DNA of 47,454 nt from Thermoanaerobaculia bacterium. GTDB taxonomy: Bacteria; Acidobacteriota; Thermoanaerobaculia; Gp7-AA8. Where the stretch lies: assembly GCA_016650215.1 (NCBI GenBank), contig JAENWF010000164.1, forward strand, positions 1-47,454. The letters run 5' to 3'. The notes under the pieces were generated by a model, which ran no database searches, was not told where the DNA came from, and worked only from the letters and a program-made list of their open reading frames with translations. The position numbers were made by a program, and so were the translations under genes. Below are positions 35,301 to 43,787 of this stretch, in pieces (the stretch's first letter is position 1; the number at the start of each line of letters is the position of its first letter).

Positions 35301-36527
35301 GGTGTTGTCGACACCCCAATCCTTGAAGAGCTGTTCGATTGAGATCCGGTCGTAGCGAAGCTCGACATTCATCGGGTACGGCTCGGCGTACTTCGTCAGC
35401 ACGTAGTCCGCGTTGATCGTGCCGCCGCCGTAGACCGCGCGCTCGACGTCGATGAGCGCGCGGCTGCCATTCACGTCGAGTTTGCCTCGCGCGTCGGAGA
35501 GCTCGTACGTGTCGGCGACGATGTTCGGACTGCGCCATCCGCCGGTGAGACGGAAGTCGCCCTGGCGGCCGCGAAGATTCGTGTCGAGCGCAATCTCTCC
35601 TTCGAGCGTCTGCTGTACTCGAAAGATCTCTTTGATCCTTTCGAGCCCCATGCGTGATGTCACGCGCAGGTCGTACACTCCGTCTGTGAGCGGTTCGAGC
35701 TTGCCGGAGACGAATGCTTCGATTCCTTTTCCGCGGAGCGCGATCGAGTTCAACGCGAGCCTGCCGGGCGTGTAACGGAAGCCTCCGCGCATGTCGAGAT
35801 CGAACGGAACGTAGTCCTGGAGTGTGACGCGCAGCCGCGGACTCGTCATCAGGCCCGCATAGAGATTGTCAGCGCGCGTGACGTTGATCTGCGAGTTGAT
35901 ACCAATCGCCTCGGCCGTGACTTTGTGGCGGCGATCGAGAAACAGCAGCGTGCCGCTCTGCACAAACATCTGGCCGAGCTCCAGCCGCACGATCTCGTAC
36001 TTGCTGCGCGGTCCCGACTTCCATCGCGGAAAGTTGTGGATGAGCGGCGCGCCTTCCGGATACACCTCGAAGTTCAGGCGCGATCCGATGATATCGACGC
36101 GGCCGACTTTGATCTGCCGCCGCCAGAACGATTCGACGCCGCCGGTGATCACGACCTGCTGCACCGTAGCGAAGTGCGGATTCACTGCGCCGGGTGCGTT
36201 CGCGATACGGAGGTCGTTGAGGATCACTCGCTGCGGACGGCCGCGCGGAATCTCCACGCTCCTGATCGTCACGTCGCGGCCGAGCCGAGCCTCGAGCGTT
36301 TTCTCGACGCGCAGGCGAACGAGGTCGGCAAAGTTCGCGCTGCCGAGATACCACCACCCGCCGCCGATCACGAAGAAGAGCAGCAGGCCCCCGCCGATGA
36401 AGAGAAACATCATCGTGCGGAGGCAACCCCACATGGGTCCTCTGCGCTGGCGTTCGCGCGCGGAGCGGTGATGCCCCGTCTCGCTCGGGAACAGCGTGTG
36501 GCTGTCGTCTGGTGGTTGCTGATCCAT
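29319..36527 (-). CDS. Giant envelope protein: TamB/AsmA-like N-terminal ~1428 aa fused in frame to a ~7-POTRA Omp85 (BamA/TamA-family) beta-barrel
   Basis: Uninterrupted 2402-aa ORF. The N-terminal signal anchor reads TMMFLFIGGGLLLFFVIGGGWWYL. A long beta-rich G/T/L-repeat region follows, ending in a DUF490-like tail (KVTFEKRVSDDVRVLVVYNM...WTLQLTHDGEQNEYRVDARFRRRY). Next come an Ala/Pro linker and about seven ~80-aa POTRA-like units. The C-terminal ~366-aa barrel carries RFTAGGDTSHRAY (position of the Omp85 loop-6 motif) and the terminal ...ITLGYAY. Confidence 0.85.
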   Translation of the reverse strand: MDQQPPDDSHTLFPSETGHHRSARERQRRGPMWGCLRTMMFLFIGGGLLLFFVIGGGWWYLGSANFADLVRLRVEKTLEARLGRDVTIRSVEIPRGRPQRVILNDLRIANAPGAVNPHFATVQQVVITGGVESFWRRQIKVGRVDIIGSRLNFEVYPEGAPLIHNFPRWKSGPRSKYEIVRLELGQMFVQSGTLLFLDRRHKVTAEAIGINSQINVTRADNLYAGLMTSPRLRVTLQDYVPFDLDMRGGFRYTPGRLALNSIALRGKGIEAFVSGKLEPLTDGVYDLRVTSRMGLERIKEIFRVQQTLEGEIALDTNLRGRQGDFRLTGGWRSPNIVADTYELSDARGKLDVNGSRALIDVERAVYGGGTINADYVLTKYAEPYPMNVELRYDRISIEQLFKDWGVDNTGLRGAATGDLTYRWNKDKILDGSGEGNARLARNTVAFSNAKYPIPLAGTTRFGLDRGVVTFRSAELDTDTSHVSLTGTLRIEGTVTDLSMRIASRDFSELDRLAYNFARSAGKKDFELLGLGGSGEISGTVRGPIEAPVVAAHVSGNGTKYNNILLGGADIDLRYDGPRSTLTFDRAVFTDGAGRLALTGTVAFPDRGPSPRFDIAVDATNYPVDRAIKAVGLDFVVGGGTGTGRLVVTGTPESGRVTFAGLTINRGTSQLKLAGDVNWLPGEGNVRFDLDIDARAFPIADIIAFLDLGTLPVNGDLTGSLHLEGPKSALGGAGSIAIANGSIYGEPIDSAAADIAFTEGRMRATNVAVRFPAGEIKGEAEFDLATDRFSYTIASSSIDLSKLKLLEGIRGLLGGNVTLSSTGAGSLDDPELVLEAKLNEATLRGLTLPAGTPPPSIYLAIRNGRLIVRGSIADIVTIEGEGAVGPELAVDGLVKVTIADIARVIALSPAAATIPASGNLVMDLRLGGKLSPFEALLIDATVPVFNLSVSGHEFSPREPLRIGLRNGRVTFDAFELRHADGGFAVTGFMELTGAKRLNLDVQGGIEAALLQLFVTDARASGHVKVAVTARGTTDAPVITGKADLENAQVRFAGFPQILDDINGRLTFRGDRIDIDSMRATLGGGTVVAGGFIAVQGFKPQRARITLQGTDVTLRYFEGVTVEGNFNLLLNGDLERATLQGDVDVTRALYFKDFDLQQSVLNIILSRRGITPIVPAGWQDRVDLRVHLAAPGTLAVENNIAKVTGTADLDLTGTLANPVILGSVDLDEGGTVTFQNIDYRLVRGTINFQNPFRIDPYFDVTLEGRVSGGISTELESGTVDLTINLTGTIEHLTPSITSDPPASDITLFSILGLGGLARQGEGTNQSAGLLGQSFIMQSLFSQLGSRILPFADSFTYDPGLLDTTASGPQPKVTFEKRVSDDVRVLVVYNMTSHDSREVIEWLATRDWTLQLTHDGEQNEYRVDARFRRRYDGRWTWGGRGSRNDEIFALGKIADAVAPADAIPAPATTAVAPVPAGSRVGEVRFRADGGFDTSVLAEHVTFKTGDMLTRRALQESVKALHATGNFRDIRIDSTASGNGDSIVTFTLSLNYRIDKIAYAGVTGSSKRRAERKATVRRGEVLSLNAVDDSAVAIQEELRKAGYLEATVDPETSFRRADNLANITLHVEQGPLAKISTVEIEGDLTPFTEVELLKRVRGKPGRTFKSTEPRGDADRIQNYLASKSYRRADVEFLGHTYDKNSKQVTLRYRATVGPKVRVDVAGVSRSSVRRLLPFRGDQEYSEDAIDRAAENIVTSLQQRGHFNASVDTESRLDSGTSTWITTFNVQPGQRFQLTDVEFDGNLQIRDKELEPIVATNPRGGIKRLISSLLRRRTGVTRAQLTADRDALESHYRLQGFSEAVVASPIPKTNPDGTLVVTFPITEGPQTILTQVNVEGIEQVKTSALPKLQLEEGVPLNPVMLREDIIALQTFYAGRGNAEVNISHQVDLSEDKKSARLHYVISEGPRVKVGEVSVRGNTYTDSDVILRKVGLEKGEPFSYTAILEAQRDLYRLGIFARADLRPEQAGTSVSDRNITIDVEEGRNLTVSGSIGFRAGSTSQQGKRDASYRIAAGVAHRNLFGTGRYLGLEGVGTAGGVKEQELFITYREPFIGRYNVPVQLTIYQTDDATRKETRLLQRGTSIEASRVARNRTRWSLQYQYKISECLEGDLCEQQDRIDPGGDRSFLNIQISSVTPTFFWDKRDDVFDPHRGFFTSASIEYAFPLFSAKANFLKEFIQGAWYLPVSTRSVIALSGRVGLIQPRGDAVVPLSERFTAGGDTSHRAYPLDLLGDLCADNSIDVPGCEPTLFDLDERAGEFRLAPLGGNSMFLFNAEYRFPIFSSLGGAVFADLGNVFAGSNIRFGDLRYGAGAGLRYLSPVGPIRLDVGVPLDRRAYDRPFSWSITLGYAY

Positions 36528-36555
36528 GCGTCCCGTTCAGCTACGGTGGCGCTTG

Positions 36556-37737
36556 CTAAGGACGAGCCACTAAGTACAGATCCCGCAGGTTGTTGCCCGT
36601 CGGAAGCATGATAACGGCTCGCCCGAGTCTGAGGGCGGTTGTCATGGAGTCGGAGCGGGAGAGCGAGGAAACCGCCGCGGACTCCTCGACGGCCGCGGGA
36701 ACGGGGTCGAAGGCGACCCCGGCAGCGCCACTGCTGCCGTCGACACCGTCGGAACTGCCGAAGAGCGCACGGAGCCCGCGGCTCGCCGATTGGATCGCGA
36801 AGCGCACAGCCATCTCTGAACAGCGGCCGCCGCGGCCGTCTCCGTGCCTGACTACGGTCGGCTCGCCGCCCGCGATCAGCACTTCGCCGCTGCGAAGTGT
36901 CGCGGCGCGCGACGCCAGAGCCCGCGCGGCCTCCGAGACATCGCCTTCGATCTGTCCCTCCCACATGACCGGCATCAGCCCTTCCTGTCGAACGATGCGC
37001 GCCGCGGCGCGCGTCAGCGTGTTGTTGTCGGCGACGAGCAGCGACATCGCGTGAGTGAGCTCTGCAACAGTGTCGGGTACTGATTCATCGCGCAGCGCGG
37101 TGACGATCCGGTCACATCCTCCGATCGACTCGAGGATGGTGATCGCGTCGGACTTCCGGGCGGAGTCGGGGAGCGTTGGTCCGGATGCGACGGATGCGAG
37201 ATCCCCGGTGCCGACATCGGAGTAGACGAGTGTCACGCAACGGCGCCGTACGCGCGCAGCGAGTCGCCCGCCCTTGATCGCCGAAAGGTGTTTCCGCACG
37301 CAGTTGATCTCTGCGATCGGAAGGCCAGCGTCGATGAGCCGTGCGTTGGTGTCAGCGATGTCGCGCCGGGTGAACCACGGAACGAGCGGCGACTCCACGC
37401 ATGCGGAGCCTCCACCCGAGATCAGGAAGAGGATCTCGTCATGCGCGTCGACGAAGCGAAGAAGCTCATTCCCTGCGGAGAAGGAGTCTTCGTCGACCTG
37501 CGGATGCCCGCCGAAGAAGACGTCGGCGCCCGCGATGGGCGGGGGATACATGCGCGGGATGACCGCGATCGCGTCGCGGACCGGGTGAACGGCGGCAACT
37601 CCGTCGAGCAACGCACCGGCGCACTTGCCGATCGCGACCACATCGCGCGGCATGTCAGGACGGACGACCGTTCGCACCAACTCCTGCGGCGCGCATCTAC
37701 TCAGTGTTTGGCGGTAGATCGTTTCCAAATCGGGCAC
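36556..37737 (-). CDS. Glycerate 2-kinase (MOFRL/DUF4147 family)
   Basis: LISGGGSACVE, VLIAGGEPTV and the C-terminal MOFRL-like part are present. 393 aa. Confidence 0.8.
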   Translation of the reverse strand: MPDLETIYRQTLSRCAPQELVRTVVRPDMPRDVVAIGKCAGALLDGVAAVHPVRDAIAVIPRMYPPPIAGADVFFGGHPQVDEDSFSAGNELLRFVDAHDEILFLISGGGSACVESPLVPWFTRRDIADTNARLIDAGLPIAEINCVRKHLSAIKGGRLAARVRRRCVTLVYSDVGTGDLASVASGPTLPDSARKSDAITILESIGGCDRIVTALRDESVPDTVAELTHAMSLLVADNNTLTRAAARIVRQEGLMPVMWEGQIEGDVSEAARALASRAATLRSGEVLIAGGEPTVVRHGDGRGGRCSEMAVRFAIQSASRGLRALFGSSDGVDGSSGAAGVAFDPVPAAVEESAAVSSLSRSDSMTTALRLGRAVIMLPTGNNLRDLYLVARP

Positions 37738-37760
37738 GCGGTCATTATCCTGTTCTCAGC

Positions 37761-38960
37761 GTGAACAGGCCTCCTCTCAAACGGCGCGTCCTTCTGCTCA
37801 CGGCCGGTTTCGCCCTGGTGCTGTTCGCCGTGACGTTCGGATTGACGTGGCGCGCTCAGACATCGCAGCAGCGATGGACGCGGCTGATCGACGTCGAGCT
37901 GCGCGCGGTTGCGACACTCGATGAATTGATTCGAACGCAGAGCTCCTTCACGCTGCGCGGCTACGCCGATGCGCGCGCGCCTCTGAAGTATCGCAACGTA
38001 GAGCAGTTGCTCGAACGCCCCGTGCTCGAAGGAATCGATATCGCCGAACTGCGGTCGCGTGTCGGCGGATTCCGCCGGAGGCTGGAAGCGCGTCCGCCTG
38101 ACGCGCGACTGCTCGCTGTTGCGGGGCGCGGTGTGGTGACGGAGGCGCAGCGGCTCGCGGAGGAGCGAAAGCAGGAGGTCGCCCGGCAGATCCCGCGTCT
38201 CCAGCGCGAGACGCGCGACATGCGCAAAATCGGACTTGCCACCGCGTGGATCATTTTTCTGCTGAGTCTTGCCGCGGTCATCACGATGATGAAGAACGTC
38301 GTCGCGCCGATGGAGCGGCTGGTGGCGGTCGCGAAGGAGATCGGCGGAGGTAACCCCGACGCGCGCGCGACTCCGAGCGGCGATCTGGAGATCTGGCAGC
38401 TCGCAGAGGCCTTGAACGAGATGGCCGCGGAGCTCAATCGGCGAGCCCGCACCGATGACCTCACCTCACTTCCGAACTTCCGATCTCTTCGCGAGCGTCT
38501 CGATGGCGAGATCGAACGCAGCGCGCGTTACAAAGCCCGCTTCGGCATCCTCGTTCTCGATCTCGACCGTTTCAAGAAGTACAACGACACGTACGGGCAT
38601 CTTGCGGGTAACGCCGCGTTGCAGCGCGTGGCGGCGGTGCTGAAAGAGATGGTGCGCGACAAGATCGATATGGCAGCACGCTATGGTGGAGAAGAGTTTG
38701 TTGTGATTCTTACCCAGGCAGATCTTGTTGCGTTGCAGCACGTCGGCGAGCGCATCCGCGCATCTGTCGAAGCACTCCCTGCGCCTCCCGGCGGAGCTGC
38801 CGTCACGATCAGCATCGGCGCCGCTCTTTATCCTGACGATGGTGTGACGGCCGAAGAGCTGTTCCACGCAGCCGACGAGCGGCTCTACGAGGCGAAACGG
38901 CGAGGGCGCAATCTGGTCGTCGTCAGGGCTGCTGCTCCAGATGCTCGATCAGCCGGTTGA
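37761..38960 (+). CDS. Membrane-bound HAMP-GGDEF diguanylate cyclase
   Basis: Trimmed to the GTG at 37761 to avoid overlapping the divergent glycerate kinase start. Two TM segments and a HAMP-like linker are present. The GGDEF domain carries the RYGGEEFVVIL active site. Confidence 0.85.
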   Translation: MNRPPLKRRVLLLTAGFALVLFAVTFGLTWRAQTSQQRWTRLIDVELRAVATLDELIRTQSSFTLRGYADARAPLKYRNVEQLLERPVLEGIDIAELRSRVGGFRRRLEARPPDARLLAVAGRGVVTEAQRLAEERKQEVARQIPRLQRETRDMRKIGLATAWIIFLLSLAAVITMMKNVVAPMERLVAVAKEIGGGNPDARATPSGDLEIWQLAEALNEMAAELNRRARTDDLTSLPNFRSLRERLDGEIERSARYKARFGILVLDLDRFKKYNDTYGHLAGNAALQRVAAVLKEMVRDKIDMAARYGGEEFVVILTQADLVALQHVGERIRASVEALPAPPGGAAVTISIGAALYPDDGVTAEELFHAADERLYEAKRRGRNLVVVRAAAPDARSAG

Positions 38961-39351
38961 CCGCCCGCTCGAGTGTCTGCACGTCACGAGTTCCGATCTC
39001 ACCGCCGAGGGCGTCGCGCCACTTCTCGTATGCCGGCATGAGACGCTCGATCACCGATCGGCCGCGGCGAGACAATCTAACTCTCGCTGAACGCAGATCC
39101 TGCGGATCTTCGGCGCGCTCGACGAGACCGAGTTGCTCGAGCCGCGTCATCATCCCCGTCATGTTCTGCTTCGACACCGCGAGACTCCGCGCAACACCGG
39201 CGAGCGTCATCGGCTCGTCCGCCGCGATGACGACGAGCACCGCCCACTGTTGCGGCGTCACGTTCACCTTCTCGAAGACCGGAGCCAGACGACGGTTCAG
39301 CAGATTTGCGAGCTGAACGATTCCGGCGACCAGGTCGCGCGAAGGCGGCAT
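38923..39351 (-). CDS. MarR-family transcriptional regulator
   Basis: Trimmed to Met28 (CAT 39349-39351). The winged HTH reads MTLAGVARSLAVSKQNMTGMMTRLEQLGLVER. The 3' end overlaps the convergent GGDEF gene by 38 nt. Confidence 0.85.
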   Translation of the reverse strand: MPPSRDLVAGIVQLANLLNRRLAPVFEKVNVTPQQWAVLVVIAADEPMTLAGVARSLAVSKQNMTGMMTRLEQLGLVERAEDPQDLRSARVRLSRRGRSVIERLMPAYEKWRDALGGEIGTRDVQTLERAVNRLIEHLEQQP

Positions 39352-39399
39352 GGTCAATATCTTGACATATTTTGGCGGGGAGCGGCCAGAGGTCAGAGA

Positions 39400-39426
39400 C
39401 CAGTGGTCACTGGCCACTGGCCACTG
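39400..39426. repeat. CCAGTGG/CCACTGG heptamer array (self-complementary)
   Basis: CCAGTGG TCACTGG CCACTGG CCACTG lies directly downstream of the eno stop and upstream of the marR start. Confidence 0.8.
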
Positions 39427-39428
39427 AT

Positions 39429-40790
<1,362 letters not shown>

Positions 40791-40794
40791 ATTG

Positions 40795-41259
40795 TTACTT
40801 CCGACCCTCGGTCGGCAAGCCGAGCGCAACCCACTCGTTCCATCCGCCGATGAGTGCGGCGGCGTTGGTGTTGCCGCGCGATTTCATCTGCAGGACTGCT
40901 CGCGCCGCGGTGTGCTCTTCGACGCAGGCGCAGTAGGTGATCGCCATCTTGCCGGGAGGAACCTCGCGCATGCGGGAGGGGAGCTGGCTTCCGGGGATGC
41001 TGACAGCACCCTTGATGTGCTTCCGGTTGAACGAGTCGAGCGAGCGGACATCGACGAAGACAGCCTTGTTCGCGGCGACGAGCTTCAACGCTTCGTCGCG
41101 CTTGATCCGTTTCGCCGAGGCGAGAGCCTGCTCCTCCGCGCTGACGGGGGAGATCTTGATGTTGGGGTTGTTGGTCTGAGAAGGCATCATGACCTTCTGA
41201 GCGCCGGCGACGGCGGCGGTGATGGTGAAGGCGATAGCCAACGCGAGAGTCTTACGCAT
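40795..41259 (-). CDS. Exported rhodanese-like domain protein
   Basis: Signal peptide MRKTLALAIAFTITAAVAGA is present. The rhodanese-like core reads FVDVRSLDSFNRKHIKGAVSIP...ITYCACVEEHTAARA...GGWNEW. Confidence 0.8.
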   Translation of the reverse strand: MRKTLALAIAFTITAAVAGAQKVMMPSQTNNPNIKISPVSAEEQALASAKRIKRDEALKLVAANKAVFVDVRSLDSFNRKHIKGAVSIPGSQLPSRMREVPPGKMAITYCACVEEHTAARAVLQMKSRGNTNAAALIGGWNEWVALGLPTEGRK

Positions 41260-41313
41260 GAAAAAAGGTCCTCCTGAGGAAGTTGCAAAGGTCGAACAGG
41301 GCTGGCCGCGGAT

Positions 41314-41976
41314 CTATTCGAGTTTCTTGAAAAAGCGGCTCAACCGTGGGGTCCAGTGATGCTCCCGGTCGAGCGAGAAGGCGACCGCGGTGGCGCGCCC
41401 GACGATGCGCGAGCGCTCGATGAATCCGATGAAGCGGCTGTCATTGCTGTTATCGCGGTTGTCGCCGAGGACGAAGTAGTGGCCGGCGGGAACGAGCGTC
41501 GGGGCGAACGAGCGAACCGCGGGAACCTGCGGTGTCACCATCACCTTGTGGCTTCGTCCGGAGAGGTTCTCATCGGCGACGAATGCGGCGCCGCTCTCGC
41601 CGTCGTTGGCTGAAGCGAGCGGCGTCCACGGCGCGGGGTTGCCGTTGATGAAGAGCTGGTTGTTGAGCATCGCGACGCGGTCGCCCGGGACGGCGACGAC
41701 GCGCTTGACGAGCCGGACTCCGTCCACCGGCGAGAAGAGAACGACGATGTCGCCGCGCTCGGGGTCATCCCACTTGAGGACGTCGATCATGGTGAACGGG
41801 ATCTTGAGGTCGTAGGCGAGCTTGTTGACGACGACGCGGTCGCCGATCTCAATGGTCGGTTTCATCGATCCGGTCGGCACGTCGTTCCAGTCCGCGAGCG
41901 CAGAGCGGAGCGAGCTGACGATCAGGACCATGAGAAGGAAGATCCGGACCTCGGTGAAGAGTTTCTTCTTGGTCAT
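41314..41976 (-). CDS. lepB: Signal peptidase I
   Basis: Trimmed to Met122 (CAT 41974-41976). A TM segment is followed by the catalytic Ser box PTGSMKPTIEIGDRVVVNK. VKRVVAVPGD and GDNRDNSNDSRF are also present. Confidence 0.9.
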   Translation of the reverse strand: MTKKKLFTEVRIFLLMVLIVSSLRSALADWNDVPTGSMKPTIEIGDRVVVNKLAYDLKIPFTMIDVLKWDDPERGDIVVLFSPVDGVRLVKRVVAVPGDRVAMLNNQLFINGNPAPWTPLASANDGESGAAFVADENLSGRSHKVMVTPQVPAVRSFAPTLVPAGHYFVLGDNRDNSNDSRFIGFIERSRIVGRATAVAFSLDREHHWTPRLSRFFKKLE

Positions 41977-42057
41977 ACTTCCCCAGGTGTACGTGTCGGC
42001 GGTCTGCAACGTTTCGGAGGCCCGCCATAGTCCCGCGGCAGGTACACTCTGCCACGG

Positions 42058-43542
42058 ATGTCGCGAAAGACGTCGGTCCACGACCTCGAACGGCTGATTC
42101 TGTCGTTTCACTCCCTCATCGCGGTCGAGACTGCGGAGGAGGAGCGGGTTCGTTCGATCCTCATCGAGGTGGCCGCCGAACTGAGGATGCCGCTCTACGA
42201 GTGGTCGGTGACGACCGGGCTGATGCGTCGGGCAGGGATAACGATCGAGGGGACGCGCGACGCGCTGTCGGCACTCGACCGGATCGGCGAGGTTCACGAC
42301 GGCGACGCCATCTATCTGATGAAGGATCTCGCGCCGCATCTGAATCAGTCGGCGACGGCGCGGACGCTTCGCGAGCTGACCTCGCGGCTGGCTTCAACGC
42401 GCTCTGCGATCGTGCTGACGGGCGATCCAGTCGAGCTGCCGCACGACCTCGAGTTTGCTGCCGTGCGCCTCGAGCTGCATCTCCCCGATCCGGAGGAGGT
42501 CCGGCAGACAATCCGGGAAGTGGTTGACTCGATCAGCGCGCGGAAGCATGTGCAGCTCGATCTGTCACGCGATGAGGCGCAGCAGCTCGTCCGCGCTCTT
42601 TCGGGGCTGACGATCAGCCAGGTGCGGCGCGTGATCGCGCTCGCGATTCTCGCCGATGACCGGCTGTCTGTGAACGACATCGACCGCGTCATCCGCTGGA
42701 AAGGGGAGATCATCGAGCGCGGCGGATTGCTCGAGTTCTATCCCGTCGATGGAAACCAGTTCGAGCTCGGCGGCTTCGATCGACTGAAGCGCTGGCTCGA
42801 ACAGACGAAGGTCGGGTTCAGCAGCGAAGCGCGCGCGCTCAATCTTCATCCGCCGAAAGGCGTGCTGTTCGTCGGCGTTCAGGGCTGCGGAAAATCGCTC
42901 GCCGCCAAGTATGTCGCTCGGCAGTGGCGACTTCCATTGCTGAAGCTCGACGCCGGGCGGCTGTATGACAAGTACATCGGCGAGTCGGAGAAGAACTTCC
43001 GGAAGGCGACGGAGCTCGCCGAGGCGATGGCGCCCGCGGTGCTCTGGATCGATGAGATCGAAAAGGCGTTCGCGCCAGGCGGCGACAACGACGGCGGAAC
43101 TTCGCAGCGCCTCTTCGGTGCATTTCTCACATGGCTGCAGGAGAAGAAGAAAGAGGTGTTCGTCGTCGGCGCGGCGAATGACCTCAACCGCTTGCCGCCG
43201 GAGCTGCTGCGCAAAGGGCGATTCGACGAGATCTTCTTCGTCGATTTGCCGGACGAATCCGAACGAGCATCGATCTTCGCGGTGCACCTTCGGCTGCGAA
43301 AGCAGGATCCGGCGCGGTTCGATCTGGCGAAGCTCGCGGCCGAGTCGCAGGGATTCAGCGGAGCGGAGATCGAGCAGGGCGTCGTGTCGGCGCTCTATCG
43401 TTCGCTGCACGCAAAGTCGCCGCTGACCAGCGACGGAATCGTCGAGGCTCTGCATGCGACGACGCCGCTGTCGGTCACACGCGCGGAAGACATCGAAGCG
43501 ATCCGGGCGAACGCGGCAGGACGATTCACGCCCGTGAAGTGA
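42058..43542 (+). CDS. Ycf46-like AAA+ ATPase
   Basis: The N-terminal domain reads LILSFHSLIAVETAEEERV...LYEWSVTTGL. The C-terminal AAA module has Walker A GVQGCGKSLAAKYVA and Walker B VLWIDEIEKAF, plus LLRKGRFDEIFFVDLP. Confidence 0.8.
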   Translation: MSRKTSVHDLERLILSFHSLIAVETAEEERVRSILIEVAAELRMPLYEWSVTTGLMRRAGITIEGTRDALSALDRIGEVHDGDAIYLMKDLAPHLNQSATARTLRELTSRLASTRSAIVLTGDPVELPHDLEFAAVRLELHLPDPEEVRQTIREVVDSISARKHVQLDLSRDEAQQLVRALSGLTISQVRRVIALAILADDRLSVNDIDRVIRWKGEIIERGGLLEFYPVDGNQFELGGFDRLKRWLEQTKVGFSSEARALNLHPPKGVLFVGVQGCGKSLAAKYVARQWRLPLLKLDAGRLYDKYIGESEKNFRKATELAEAMAPAVLWIDEIEKAFAPGGDNDGGTSQRLFGAFLTWLQEKKKEVFVVGAANDLNRLPPELLRKGRFDEIFFVDLPDESERASIFAVHLRLRKQDPARFDLAKLAAESQGFSGAEIEQGVVSALYRSLHAKSPLTSDGIVEALHATTPLSVTRAEDIEAIRANAAGRFTPVK

Positions 43543-43544
43543 AC

Positions 43545-43787
43545 CTTCGCTTCGCTCAGAGACCGTGAAGAAATCCGGCCTCTGTGTGGCGCCGTCGACC
43601 CGCGGCGGCGCTCTGCGGCCGTCGGGAACAGGTATGGCCAATGAATTCACAGGACGCCGCCGCGGGTCGGCGGCTCCACACAGAACCGCCGCGTTTCGCT
43701 TGCTCAGAGGCGTGAAGAAATCGACTCGCATGTTCCGTCACGTGCCGCGGTGCCACCGATGACCCTTCGCTACGCTCAGGGTTGGAT
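43545..43787. repeat. Complex structured intergenic repeat region (REP-like CGCTTCGCTCAG motifs, direct repeats and a 33-bp inverted repeat)
   Basis: Direct repeats are GCTCAGAGACCGTGAAGAAATC (43554-43575) and GCTCAGAGGCGTGAAGAAATC (43702-43722). The inverted repeat pairs GGCCTCTGTGTGGCGCCGTCGACCCGCGGCGGCG (43577-43610) with CGCCGCCGCGGGTCGGCGGCTCCACACAGAACC (43655-43687). A third CCTTCGCTACGCTCAGGG motif lies at about 43763-43780. Confidence 0.75.

Noticed and set aside
37704-37760. GTG at 37704 as start of the GGDEF gene
   Set aside because: It would overlap the divergently transcribed glycerate kinase start (37737). The GTG at 37761 directly precedes the first TM segment.
41977-42339. N-terminal 121-aa extension of the lepB track ORF
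   Set aside because: The extension has Arg/Pro-rich composition and would overlap the divergent AAA+ ATPase gene start. The Met at 41976 gives the normal TM-then-catalytic-Ser layout and is preceded by GGGGAAG.
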